Assembly (NCBI GenBank): GCA_002633005.1
Contig: NMRA01000832.1
Span: 46,481 to 110,480, forward strand
Length of the DNA stretch: 64,000 nt
Source: Phoronis australis
Lineage: Eukaryota > Animalia > Phoronida
Reading direction: 5' to 3'
Shown here: positions 52,201 through 62,460 of the stretch, one piece after another
Position numbering within the stretch: the first letter of the stretch is position 1
How the letters are laid out: every line of letters starts with the position of its first letter
Notes under the pieces: model-generated
Told to the model about the DNA's origin: nothing
The model's database searches: none
What the model saw: the letters and a program-made list of their open reading frames with translations, nothing else
Program-made: the position numbers and the translations under genes

Positions 52201-55136
52201 ATTACTAATACCATCACAACTAAAGTCCATTAAAATCCAAACAGTCACTTTGTTTGGCTTTCAGTAAAGTAGTGATGGCTATAACTGTAAAGGTCGTGGT
52301 GTTTGGAAAACTGGGGGAATAACGCGGCACTATGGTGAGCTCACCTTGCCGTACCACAGATCTCTCCGGCCCTGATACTCCTTGCTGTAGATTGCCACCT
52401 CTGTTCCTTGATCAAAACCAAGTCGATCTTCGCTGATAGGCTTATACCTGGCCACAGTCCTGCCAAATGAGATGACTTCTGAAATATAAAACAAGCACAC
52501 AGTTGCATGTAGATCTTAGTGCTCCGATGTGGAAAGATAAAATTTGCCGATTCATGGATCACGAAAAAGTTGACTTGACATTCTGACCCCTATAAGCCGA
52601 GTCGCATCACCTGAAAATGCCACAACAGCATTTTTTAGTTGACGGATAAGTGGAGTATGTGTATACAAAATTTGATTGTTCAAGCTTTATTTCAGAATTG
52701 GAAGTTGGGATTTTGACCAATTCACAAATGATGACCTGGTAATTTTCACAATGTCCAGGGCTGCATACCCTACGTAACTAATACATCAGCTCTGACTCCA
52801 AACTAGACTTCAGAAAGATAGTCTACTGAAACTCAACACACATAAATCCTCAATGAGTATACGAGGTCACTAGAGAAAAGTACCCCATCCATGCTTCTGC
52901 CTCTCAGTGTGACCTCCCCACACTGACTATTGGCATTAAGTCTTAAATATCGTTGACGGAACAAAGGACTAATCGAAAAAAAATTGGTTGCGGGAGTATT
53001 TGATCAAGCTGGGTAAGAGTTAAAAAACATCAAAGGCATAACATCAAAGGCACACTAAAGTTCACTTTATGCTCAAAATGTACCTATATTGAAATGACTC
53101 TCACGGTTTGGTCAATGTGAGTCATGAATTGCAGAAAAGCTTTGGGCATATGGCAGCCCTACGGGACGACTACTGTCTGTGCCTGTGCTGGCCCAGTTCA
53201 GACAGAACACATAGCCCCTCAGTTGGCTGGAGAGACAAAACAACACTTCCAATCGGTCTCTGTACTAATTTCGTCCCTGTGTATTTTAAACGGGCTGTAG
53301 TCCAAATCCGTTCACCAAATAAGAGGTTTACACCTTGTCAACACAAGAAGAGACTGGCAGCTGGCCATCGCAAAATTGCAAAAATAGCATAGGAGGATGT
53401 CTGGAGGAGTTTGTGGTAAGATTTACGTCCCTTGGACTTTTTGTTCGTGAACTTGCATGGTTTCAGATGACTTCCTCAAAATGGCAACCAGCGATGGAAG
53501 CTCGAGTGAAACTCGATACATTTTCATTGATATGTTCAAACTATGATGACTAAATTGTCTCCGGAGTCGAGGTATGTGTTAATTATAGCTAACTGAATAT
53601 TCACTGCATGCTTCATTCCATGCTATTTACTGCACATTGAGTAACTTTTGATGGAGATATCGTATTGCCTGTGGACAGCATACACAGGCCATGTAATTGC
53701 ATATACATGATACTGCCTACAGACAGCATAATCATGTCAGTGTCGAAGATTAAGGACGATTATTACGCAATTATCCGATGAGTTACGGATGAACGGCAAT
53801 TGCCGATTTGTCACGGAAAGTCACGAAATCGTGACACTCGGCGATTGCTGTTCATCTGTAGAGAATTATGACATAGAGATGGCGCTTGGTATTCGCCCTA
53901 GCCGCCATGTTTCTTTTGTCTCTCAACCCATTGTTTAATTAGCGGTTACGATCATAGAAAATAACTCGCAAGTATTTCTTCACTGTTTATTGGTTACAGC
54001 AAACTACGATTGATCGTAACCTGAAAGAACAGAGACAGGGGGTAAATACTAGGTCACTAACAAGTGACGTGTGATTACAATAGGTTAACAATGCTAGAGA
54101 TGTGCTAAGGCTACGATAAATAAGGGAATCTTACCGCTAATTAAACAATGGGTTGAGAGACAAAAGAAACATGGCGGCTAGGGCGAATACCAAGCGCCAT
54201 CTATATGGCATAATTCTCTAATCTGTAACTCATCGGATAACTCCGTATCAGTCATCCTTGACCTTCGATTTACAGAGGAATTGCTCCGGACGGGCTTTTT
54301 GGTAAGGTTTTTGTGCTTTGACGAACTGGGTGAAGCAGGACACCGTAAATGGTATTGGGAGAAAGAACAATTCCTCATGGTTTGTTGAACCTCTGTTTTG
54401 TGTAAATATATTGAGTTTTGCGTTTGCTATGGATGGCTGAAGTGAAGCATGTGTGGAATTTCTAGTCGGGAGTGTCATACCTTGTAGTATGATATAGTGT
54501 ATTGGGGACGACCAGAAGCTGAGGACGCCTGTATGTGGTACTAAACTGATATCGTACACTTCAATTTGGCATGGGTTGATGAGCCAAACTGATGCCTATA
54601 CCAAACTAAAGGTACCATAAGTTTTCAAACTACTGCCAGTGGTTTATAGGGTTTTTAACAGTTATTAGAACAGAAATTGATGATAATGAGTGAGGGGTCT
54701 TCCCCCATCATCCATGTCCATGTGATTAATCAAAATCAATATGACCTGCATACCTAAGCACTGTTGTCAATTTCAGTTCTGATAACCGTTAAATAAACTA
54801 TAAAGCACTGGCACTAATTAGGGAACTTAAGATAGCTTCAGTTAGTCAAAAGCATCAGCTTGGCTCACAACCGCGCCAAACTGAAATGCGCCAAATCAGA
54901 AATCAGTTTGAGCTGCAACAATCTGAACAATGTCTCCGGCTTTCGCCAGGGACCGGCTTCGTCATTCAAGTTTGTGGCAAAGCAGGAGAAAAAACTATCC
55001 CTGTAAAGACAAAGAAAGGTATACCTTTACATTCTTCGTCTGCACACTGTCTTGAGTTGATATCTTGAGTATATACGTTCTGCACCGTCAAAAATAGCTG
55101 AAGCCAAAATACCGCACTCCACTGTCTCCGGCTCAT
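24857..55136 (-). CDS. MIA3: TANGO1 / MIA3 (transport and Golgi organization protein 1), 22 coding exons, 5610 nt, ~1869 aa
   Basis: Signal peptide + CADEEC...LWYGK-IGEKFG (MIA-family SH3); large acidic lumenal exons; LPPSV...EPLGLPPALIVLVALFSVALFISYTLC TM segment; coiled coils with MMDVSK, DYFRQRETDLQ and SHDAW-LAARDAQR, matching TANGO1/cTAGE5 motifs; PPP-rich tail. All 21 introns are GT-AG with consistent phases. Confidence 0.93.
26126..26198 (+). mobile_element. tRNA-like pseudogene / SINE head within a composite repeat (~25900-26310)
   Basis: gtcccga...tcgggggc acceptor-like pairing and A box tggctcagtgg, but defective T-loop (gtttgtgtc); flanked by two copies of caaaat(g/a)ttcgcaacatatttcca-gcctcactga. 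Confidence 0.55.
26372..26459 (-). CDS. MIA3: TANGO1 exon 21
   Basis: ttttttag|ANGPVRPHAPNDRPGSRTSGAAPSPGLGN|gtatga. Confidence 0.8.
26796..27040 (-). CDS. MIA3: TANGO1 exon 20 (start of proline-rich domain, PPGAI repeats)
   Basis: gttacag|RLTELERTK...PPGAIPPGAIPPGAIPPPPGAIPPG...GFTN|gtatgt. Confidence 0.9.
27849..28056. repeat. 18-bp minisatellite, ~11 copies
   Basis: Unit gtgtaatgcttaactgag. Confidence 0.95.
28153..28220 (-). CDS. MIA3: TANGO1 exon 19
   Basis: ccttcag|LAARDAQRKLEEAKNEATTLRK|gtaaga. Confidence 0.9.
28410..29122. repeat. 34-bp minisatellite, ~21 near-identical copies
   Basis: Unit tatcttgagacactagtgaaacatgtacagtaat, no spacers. Confidence 0.97.
29461..29496 (-). CDS. MIA3: TANGO1 exon 18
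   Basis: atttcag|SVEQEQRSHDAW|gtgagt (equivalent to the HEKKAHENW motif of TANGO1/cTAGE5). Confidence 0.85.
29617..29962. repeat. Dispersed repeat, copy B
   Basis: Homologous to 20906-21240, same orientation. Confidence 0.75.
30743..30905 (-). CDS. MIA3: TANGO1 exon 17
   Basis: gttgcag|MQLGEHVVLKKQ...EIEKLDDTYRKR|gtaggt. Confidence 0.9.
31213..31351 (-). CDS. MIA3: TANGO1 exon 16 (coiled coil 2)
   Basis: gtcacag|EKNQEHIVTVRSLEDAKL...DYFRQRETDLQ|gtaaga. Confidence 0.85.
33120..33210 (-). CDS. MIA3: TANGO1 exon 15
   Basis: atgacag|TNSTLKTLEEDKEQFEKRLKEEIKLRENLE|gtactg. Confidence 0.85.
33677..33796 (-). CDS. MIA3: TANGO1 exon 14
   Basis: tgttcag|VLRDCFHQLDLGG...TMSVMMDVSK|gtaggt. Confidence 0.9.
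34201..34442 (-). mobile_element. Near full-length tRNA-derived SINE
   Basis: Reverse complement: ggcagtatggcctggttg...ggttcaagtccc...gtttctagctcctcagctcgg...gtatcagaccgcctgcaattatttttta; same family as 11526 and 37612. Confidence 0.8.
34840..34930 (-). CDS. MIA3: TANGO1 exon 13
   Basis: attacag|AKEAKSQLSDLQQQYNELEERFKLKENELE|gtaagt. Confidence 0.85.
37401..37609 (-). CDS. MIA3: TANGO1 exon 12 (coiled coil 1)
   Basis: gttgttag|VLQLDQHAQMLEQAK...DVKSWKTG|gtaaga. Confidence 0.85.
37612..37728 (-). mobile_element. 3' fragment of the same SINE family, abutting TANGO1 exon 12 acceptor
   Basis: aaaaaataattgcaggc-gtctgatacac...cccattgcactgatcacctggaa...tttttatgctttattaat shared with 34205-34311. 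Confidence 0.8.
38152..38268. repeat. 57-bp tandem duplication
   Basis: gtgtctgttttgagagtaagacaagcctcttgcaa(a/g)gagtggcaatcatttcagtca x2. Confidence 0.9.
38999..39109 (-). CDS. MIA3: TANGO1 exon 11
   Basis: tttccag|LHNSSLQEQVAALQQQLTEAQSRLTEFHEWAETKEAS|gtaagt. Confidence 0.85.
39146..39264. repeat. 60-bp tandem duplication
   Basis: atcgatacaa-gtggaca-aatgggataatg-gttgt-ctttgtacaaggctgatgtga x2. Confidence 0.85.
39972..40049 (-). CDS. MIA3: TANGO1 exon 10
   Basis: atacag|LLELEKSQKSQKETSFREKQEIQTVH|gtaagt. Confidence 0.8.
40938..41054 (-). CDS. MIA3: TANGO1 exon 9
   Basis: ttccag|RNRKRKSVEFNFMELDQKCKLLEIQKESLEEQAEEATRK|gtaaaa. Confidence 0.85.
41466..41562. repeat. 48-bp tandem duplication
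   Basis: cacaccttgatagggtgctc-agac---tggtctacattatacgatga x2. Confidence 0.85.
41809..41943 (-). CDS. MIA3: TANGO1 exon 8 (transmembrane)
   Basis: cttgcag|LPPSVKMILEQEPLGLPPALIVLVALFSVALFISYTLCYFVCDRN|gtaagt. Confidence 0.9.
42080..43136 (+). mobile_element. Helentron-associated non-autonomous element (HINE/DINE-like), copy 1
   Basis: Internal ~435-bp tandem units (ccactaggtggcgc, aaatttcatgaaaatcc), (cgga)n microsatellite, 3' palindrome gcgtccacatataaatatgtgggcac followed by ataa. Confidence 0.75.
43620..45931 (-). CDS. MIA3: TANGO1 exon 7 (giant 2.3-kb lumenal exon)
   Basis: Corresponds to the 785-aa acidic S/T/D/E ORF; actttcag|AG ATG...AAA ATG|gtaagt. Confidence 0.9.
47138..47237 (-). 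CDS. MIA3: TANGO1 exon 6
   Basis: tttactag|AQLETESREAFLRRKQEIEKLQAEPDHDDDSAA|gtaagt. Confidence 0.8.
47744..48747 (+). mobile_element. HINE/DINE-like element, copy 2
   Basis: Highly similar to 42080-43136 with the same units, (cgga)n and 3' hairpin; same orientation. Confidence 0.75.
49084..49127 (-). CDS. MIA3: TANGO1 exon 5
   Basis: tcttcag|DDDSEDQEKDEKADD|gtaagt. Confidence 0.8.
50584..51316 (-). CDS. MIA3: TANGO1 exon 4 (acidic Pro-rich lumenal repeats)
   Basis: gtttcag|LEDEKQ...DDFGFS|gtatgg (alternative in-frame donor 6 nt further). Confidence 0.85.
51992..52081 (-). CDS. MIA3: TANGO1 exon 3 (SH3 end)
   Basis: ttttcag|...|gtgagt; IGEKFGIISKTYVKEFKVRHHKLKHTVPIK. Confidence 0.9.
52345..52478 (-). 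CDS. MIA3: TANGO1 exon 2 (SH3)
   Basis: tttcag|...|gtgagc; EVISFGRTVARYKPISEDRLGFDQGTEVAIYSKEYQGRRDLWYGK. Confidence 0.9.
53742..54268. mobile_element. Fold-back element with long inverted arms in TANGO1 intron 1
   Basis: 88-bp arms 53859-53946 / 54133-54220 (2 mismatches), plus outer ttatccgatgagttac / gtaactcatcggataa. Confidence 0.85.
55025..55136 (-). CDS. MIA3: TANGO1 exon 1 (signal peptide, start of SH3)
   Basis: MSRRQWSAVFWLQLFLTVQNVYTQDINSRQCADEECK; G|gtatac. Confidence 0.9.
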
Positions 55137-55620
55137 TCTCCTTTCGCCATAAATGAACACGTCAGTAACTGTTTGATGCGACCTCTGCCGAGAAGTGGCG
55201 TTGACGCGAGCGACACCACGCCAATCAGGGGTGAAGATGAAATCATTGGCTAGACTGCCTGCCGCAAATGGAGAGGAAGACAAACGCAAAATTCTTGAGC
55301 TTCGGCTAGGGATCCCAGAGGTTTAAATTGCAGTCTCAGCTGATGAACGGGTCTTGCTATCAGAATCAGATTATGAGCATTTTTCATCGCGCACGGTCCT
55401 CAAAAGTCCGCGACTCAAAATCTAGTCAGCCACTGACTCATTAAATTTCATTGAAATAATGATTTTACGATTCCTTTCCATTGGCGAAGTTTTCTAGTTG
55501 CCGCGAGTGTACGTTAGTGCACGGTACTGTGGTCTCTTAGCTCACTGACGTGGCCCCTGCTCACTCGCCGGCCGGGACCCAACCGTTCCGAACATAGCCG
55601 CGACGAAGTTTATAGGACTG
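55137..55620 (-). promoter_or_regulatory. TANGO1 promoter/5'UTR region with CCAAT boxes and UPRE/CREB3-type sites
   Basis: Locally CpG-rich; CCAAT at 55221, ATTGG at 55245, TGACGTGG at 55546-55553, ACACGTCA at 55157-55164, TGACTCA at 55434. Confidence 0.5.
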
Positions 55621-56223
55621 AAGATCAGTTGCGGCAGAGTAACTAACACTTTGGCGACATCCACCAGGCCCTACACGTAAAATCTGAAACAAAACTGTTA
55701 ATTATATGACCCTTATGTCTCAAGTTTTCAATTGCTGAATACTTGGTATATCGTCTGCAATTCACTGAGGCACCATGGGAAACTACCCAAATGTTGTTGT
55801 TTTTTAACTATTTCCAGAAGATGTTACAAGTTCACTGCACAGTTGGGTTGTTTTCATCTTTGTTACCTCTTTTCATGAAATAAATCGTTACTTTTTAAAA
55901 CTGTTTCTTTTACTCGAGAAAACTTGTAACCTAACGCGCAAGTAGGCATACATATAGGATGTGATCCGCCATGTGAAGTATTTAAAAAAACTGCCGAAAA
56001 AATGTAAGAAACTTAGGAATTCGAAGCGCATGGGATAAATATAAAATGTACCTCGACTGGCGCACATGAAGTAGGCCTTAATATCCCAGTCGACCTTATT
56101 CCGCGAAATAATATCTCGTGGGATATTACTTCATGTACGCCAGTCCCACTTTCGAGGTACGTTTTGTGTGTGTATTGCCATGCAGAGGTTTTCAACAAAA
56201 CAGATAAATACATACATATGTTA

Positions 56224-56279
56224 CACACAACACACACACACACCCATACGCACACACACACTCATACGCGCACACACAC
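56224..56279. repeat. Imperfect (CA)n microsatellite
   Basis: cacacaacacacacacacacccatacgcacacacaca... Confidence 0.85.
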
Positions 56280-58220
56280 GGCGTAGATACACATGCTTCT
56301 ATACAGTGATGGATCTAAGATAGTATGGGGGGTCAACATTTTGTCTCAGGCAAGCGCGCAAAGCACGATTGCATGTGCGCACCCAACCTAAAATATAGGG
56401 GGCTTCGAATTTCTGAGGATGTGGACCTTTTACTAAAAAACAAACGGGGGACTAAAAAAATAAAAAAAACGGGAATACGGTTGCGCCAGTGGTCTGAATC
56501 GGACACTTGAAATCAGGTCTGAATTTATTACCATCGTCGACAACTAAAAACTCATAAAATAGCGTTTCTCACTGTGGATTGGGTGCGTCGGTTAGTCCAC
56601 GTGTATTACTTGACAGTCCCAAATAAATGTTGTATGTTGATGTTGTCGTTGGCTTATTCAGCCATCATGATACAAACACAAGACGATAAAACGTAGCTGC
56701 AACGAATCGGTAAACACGGGAAAGCGAAAGATTTTCCTGCATTTCAAGCCGCTATATAGGACATGTTATGGTGCCAAAAACAACTTTCTTTACAGGGGTA
56801 TCTACTCTTAGTTCTGACTAAGTAACATCATCACGTTCTCATCATTTGAATTGGAAACGAGTAGATTAAAGCTCTTAGAATCCTCCCCTGACGGCCGTAT
56901 AATGTTTAGGTGGCTGAAACTAACCCGCGCGACAAGCCACTTAAGAGCCAATTCTGCTGCAAAAACGAACTTGCATTTCTTTTGAGTGCGGAACAAGATG
57001 AGACCAACTTTATAACGCTAGGTGGCGTGGGTCGAGTGTATTTATCGGGGCAGTAGACCTTTTGGGCGATAAGGAGTAAGGTACCTTTTCTTTCACTCCT
57101 AACCTGATACAGCACAGGAGGAATTCACTTGAGACTAGTTTTTCACTTGCAAGAGGTTATGTAATGAGAAGGAAAATTTATCCTATTCACCCTGCTCAGT
57201 TGCAAATCCTGCAAAAAAGCCTATATAAACCCCTCCAGAATTGTGGAAAATTCGGACAGAACAAGAAAAAAAAAACAGGCAGCACAGCATCTGGTAGAAA
57301 AACTCAGAATTCGCATCGACAGCGCGCAACAGTCAACTATTCAAGCGGAGAAGTAGATTTAGAATTACGAAAAAATATACAAACTTTTCATAATAATACA
57401 TTAGCACCAACATACATGGCCCAAACAGCATAGAATGTGAAAATATCATGATACTGAAAAATAGACATTAGCATTCATTAGAATCGGAAGAATGACAGTT
57501 CGGCAAGCTTGATTGAAGACTGCGGTTTGTAACTGTTACCCGATTGCGTCCGAAAATGGCCGATGTTTTTTCCAGAAGAATCCAATGACTAACATTTATT
57601 TCATTATAAAGATTGTTATTTTGGTATCATTATCTATGAAACGCCGAATTTTCGTGCAATACTAGCTACGTGAGTTTCAAAGGTCACTTGACTTCGTTTA
57701 TCAACGGATATCAAAGCCCTGAGACTAATTAGTTGTAGACGAACATTTATTTTTTTTTCAACTAACGCTAGAATGCTACTATTGAAATGCACCGTAATTA
57801 ACGTCAAAGAGGTTTAAAATCTGAAAATTTCTTGGAGAGGCTTCCCAAACCCCCCTGTGGGATAGGTCTTCCCATATGAGTAGTCCCGGGTTGCCTGCCC
57901 ACGGTACGGCATTTGCGCCCACGCCTTTTGAAATCATTCAAAAAATTTCCAAAATCACTGAAAGGTCTTGCTTCTGCTCTTTAATATAAATCTTCCATGC
58001 TGGAGGCGACTCAGCATGTCAAGGTTCACTGCTTTCTGGTTTATATGTTTATGAAAGTATACTAAAAGAAAACTTTAAATGACCTTTGAAAATTACTAAT
58101 AATCTTGTAAAAATATTATTCAATGAATTTTGACGCAGATTGAAATTCCATGAAATCGATGTCATACTTCTCCCAAACAACGCATTTCAGAGATGGTTTT
58201 CGTTAACTTGAAGTCACGAA

Positions 58221-58338
58221 CATCTGGCGGATCTAGAATGTAAAAAGAGGGAGCCCAATTACAACCTCGAAGGGATAAAGCTCGCGCAACCCTTAATTTT
58301 TTGGTCGCGTCCAGAGGGGAGCCCTAAGTCCGCCTATG
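58221..58338. mobile_element. Short derivative of the 873-1770 MITE family
   Basis: tggcggatctag ... cctaagtccgcctatg termini; a related left end is at ~56304. Confidence 0.55.
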
Positions 58339-61300
58339 GCTAACGATATTTTGTGTATTTTACATAGTGCGGCTATGGAAAATAACCTAAACCAAAAGAT
58401 GTTTTGGATAGATTAGAAGACACGTTTTTTCCACACTTTGAAGTTTACAGTTGCGACAACTTCGAAATCCTACTTGTATAACTGCAATCGGTCACAATCA
58501 AAAGGATTCGCCCACAGATTTAATTTAGAATCAGGATATTGTGTTCGACGTTAAGGCAACAACAAATCCAAGGAAATAAAGATACGCTGTACTGTCATCA
58601 TGTCGTAAGTAGTGTGTGCTATCACATATCTCAGGCACTTGTCAAACAGAAAACAACGTAATCTAATCTTGAGTCTGGTGGTAGAATTAAGTAAGATTTG
58701 TTTTATCATTCCCTTCCAGGCAGCACTTGACTAAGGGTTTATTTAAGTAAACATGTACTTGTTTGGAGTCACGATGTACATAATCCAATTAAGGCTTTTG
58801 TTTAATTTAAAAAGATAAAAATACACCCAGTCTTGGAATATTTACGTGACATCTTGTCACCTTACTCGCCTCAAAGTTATCGGGCTTTGCTCTTCATCGG
58901 ATAGGGTTTTTGGTTGTTTGCATTGTTTTGCAGGTATGATTGGGCCAAACGCTATTTTCAGTTTGCTACTTCCGCCTATCATGGTTGGATGCTGACAAGA
59001 AGACATGTTTTTTTCTAATCGCTAGTTTGGAGGGAGGAGAGAATAGCGCGTTTCATCGATTTTGTACTGGTCCATGGTTAGTGCCTCAGCCCAAGTTAGC
59101 AAAAAATATTGTTAAGGCGAAAAATCCCTTTCCCATGATAAAATTTCAAGGAAAAGAAGCCACTCAGTGTTCTTTTGCGTTAGAATGAAGACAAGCTGGC
59201 TGGAAATGATAGTCGGGAACCTCGAACATTCATGTTCAAACTAGACAAGTAACTGTTTATAAATACTTATATTTATGGAGGATCCAGGTAGAAATCTCTT
59301 GGAACATCGAACTTCAGTGCATAAATTTTGCTTGTCAAAGCGTTACTTTTGGTATTTTGGGTGGCCAGTGAAGCAAACTTAGTCCGTAGTTTCGATGAGA
59401 CTTCTGAACTGACGTCGCTATTCACGAGCCCACTGCAGATTCGTCACCTAAACCCGTTAAGAATGGAATACTTGAGTGACATAAATAGCACTAAGGCCGG
59501 TATACCGCATGAGATCAAGAAGAACGCATCAAAAGTGGATCGACTTTTGTGCGTTAAACGTCAGATTTCTGAATTGATCAGATGCTAATTATCTTGATGA
59601 GGTGTCCACTTTGTGCCCCTGTATAGTCAGTGGTCTAGCCATTATTGACGTCATTTTACGACGAATCACGATTTCGGAATAGTCCCTATAGAGTCAACTC
59701 TTTGGCATGAGCTAACACCTCCAACTGGAAACCTGAAGGCGGGGAACGAACAGAAGTTGAGTCTGAGTGAAACTGATTACATAAGAAATTAATCAGAGAA
59801 GTTGCGAAACAAACATGTTCACACCACACAGCAATACACAACACACGCAATACACAACACACGTATTTCTCGCGGTGATGCGATTGTACACAAATTTTAT
59901 GCGTAAATGCTAAAATCAGAGCAAACCACAACATTATATAACCTCAATTCTTTCTGAACGCAGCCATCATTAACCAATACTGAAACTAAACTCAATCAAT
60001 ATTTAAAGTCTAGGTGACTGTTATATAAACACTATATTAATTGTGTTTGCACAAATCCGTGCGACGACAGATTAAATTTCAAAAACGCAATACGGAATGG
60101 AGTTAGTAGTTTTATTGCGAAGGTTTCTACAACAGTAGGCTTCATTGAAACCATTTAGCTCCATGGCTACGTTTCTGCGCATGTCCGTGTTGGATCGTCG
60201 GCATATCCTAGCTATTTTATCCACGGACTATTTTAGACTCAATACGCGTATGTCACAAGGATTCAGTGACTCATTACCAGTACCGTGGAGTGAAATGGTG
60301 GGACTTCATCCATGACCTGCTCCCAGTCTATAAAACGTTGCCATGGCAACCATACTTTGTTTGCAATACATTTTAGGAATTATGGTAGGCTATTTGACTC
60401 TTTGTGACTCAGCCGGGATCGGCTAAAATATGACCTTTAATGACATCTTCTGCAGCCAATATTTACTATGTTACTTTATTTTCTGATTGTTTTTTTGCCG
60501 GGTTGGAGGCTATAGTGGCAATATGATGAGCAATTATTAGTGGGAATAAAATACAAAAGTTCCATTTTCGAGTCCTTTTTACACACTCTGGTACTGATCT
60601 CGAAATGGAGTGAAAAACACATGAAGTGCAAATTGTACGATAAAGAACACAGATATCGCCGCACAGCAATAATTTTGTGAATACTCCAAGGTGTATAGTT
60701 CGTTAAACAAATCCCTTTTGATATTGTGCAAGTTTACTGGCATTAGCGGTTTTACGGTAGAAAATACATTTTTTTGGATCCGATAAACTTCGTGAAATTA
60801 TTAGCTGTGACCAGAAATACAAAACAAGAAATCCGTTGTGTTTTTGTGATTCGATTGCACAACACACTTACAATACTGTCTCAGTTATCGAGTGGTATGT
60901 AGCTCTGCCAGCAGAGGGTTTGGGGTTCCAGCCTCGATTCCGTGCTAAGGCTGGTCTAAAAAAATCTCTTTCTCGCCAGTAATGCCACTTTAATTGTTTA
61001 CCACGATAACGGCCAAAGCCCAACTGCGGATATTTCAAGTTTAACGGGAGAACTTTTAATTTTGCAAATACGATCGGACTCGCTTGGGGACACTTATTGT
61101 TTCTCTGACATTAATTGACAGCAATATATTTTTTTTTAAAATAAATCAGAATAAAACTGCATTTTCTTTTAGGAGTTGCCCGAAAAAAAAACGTCTCCAA
61201 GTCTTGCTACAAAATCGATTTTTCTTACTGCGATAAGACTTTGCTTACGTTACAACGGAAAACATCTATGGTATTTAGGCTAAAGTGGAAAGAAAACGCC

Positions 61301-62278
61301 GTGTCAGAAAAAAAAATGCATTTCATGGCCTAGTTTCTAAATCTCATTTGTTCTAAAGCCTGGTTCGGTGTTTAAGTTCGGTGAGGAATCTAATTCCTGG
61401 AACTGGAGTTTGGTCCAATGACGTAATAAAGGCACGGGTACCCCGGGTTTGTTGTTTGCAGGAGAGATTGGGGTTGTTTATAGGACAGTCACTGGAATTG
61501 AGAAACGTAGCCATGGAATCGTTTTCACCGCTCCAGTGAACATGTCGGTTTCAATTAAAATTGCAATCACAGCCGTAGGTTGACTTGCTGTCTTTCACCT
61601 CTAATAGAACTTTTGAATATTGATGCTGACGTGGCGCGGAAGTTTGTCTAGGCTGACTAGCCTTAATTAGCACGTTTCTGGCGTGCGTTCCGTAAACGTT
61701 AGAACCTCGCAAAATCACAAGATCACGCAAGACTTTGGGAAATACCCCCACAGTGTATTACAAGGGAAGCACGCGATCACACTAGCTCCCTTAGCGAGAT
61801 TGTTGTGACTGGGGGACACAACCATTGATTCTCACGTGACGCAGACGTTGAAGGGAAATGCCACTTTAATAGCCTTAACCAATGTGACATTTACAATTTG
61901 CTGCCCCCTAAAATATATAGAACGCGGCGATCGAACTTGAAGTAATCCCCTCAATGTGATAACAGGTGCTGGATTGGACGCGAGACATGGAAACTCAGTT
62001 ATGAAGAAGCGCGTGAAATCGGTCGATTTTGACGTAGTACTCAGTAAAGCAATCTTTATTTCCTCGATCAATTCTGCGACGGACTATCGTTATCAGAAAA
62101 TTCTCAGTACCTCAATTGTGGACGGATTACCCGAGGTGTTATAAGGATCGCCGTCAATTACCTGCACCGTACCGTACCTTACGAGTGGGCAAACATCATT
62201 CGTTTGATTGAAAAATCAATCTCAAGATTTGCATTTTTTGCAAGAAGTTAAATCGGGATCAGAATTAGCTGTGAAGAA

Positions 62279-62460
62279 ATGAGCCGTAGTGGGGAACTAG
62301 GACACCTGTATCACGATTCCGGGATAAATAATGAATATACCGCTTTGGATGCCAAAGAAAGACTTCGCACGCGGGAGATAAATGCCAGAGAAGAGCGAAT
62401 ACTGACAGATCAAACCAAAGTTCTTGACTATGCTAAACGTCTCACGGAAAAGCGACACAG
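62279..62460 (+). CDS. Possible first coding exon of an uncharacterised coiled-coil protein
   Basis: MSRSGELGHLYHDSGINNEYTALDAKERLRTREINAREERILTDQTKVLDYAKRLTEKRH is charged and helical-looking; it ends at CAG|gcaagt (GC-type donor consensus) followed by an abrupt AT-rich intron-like stretch. Confidence 0.45.

Noticed and set aside
53784-53860. Pre-miRNA-like hairpin with G-U pairs
   Set aside because: The three G-U differences are all CG->TG/CA changes, explained by CpG decay of a transposon palindrome rather than RNA-level selection
58905-58940. Recursive splice site-like ttttgcag|gtatga on +
   Set aside because: No evidence that this lies within a long transcribed intron; such motifs occur by chance
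56300-61700. Short ORFs of 60-90 aa in the intergenic region
   Set aside because: No recognisable domains, mostly non-ATG starts, no coherent exon chain
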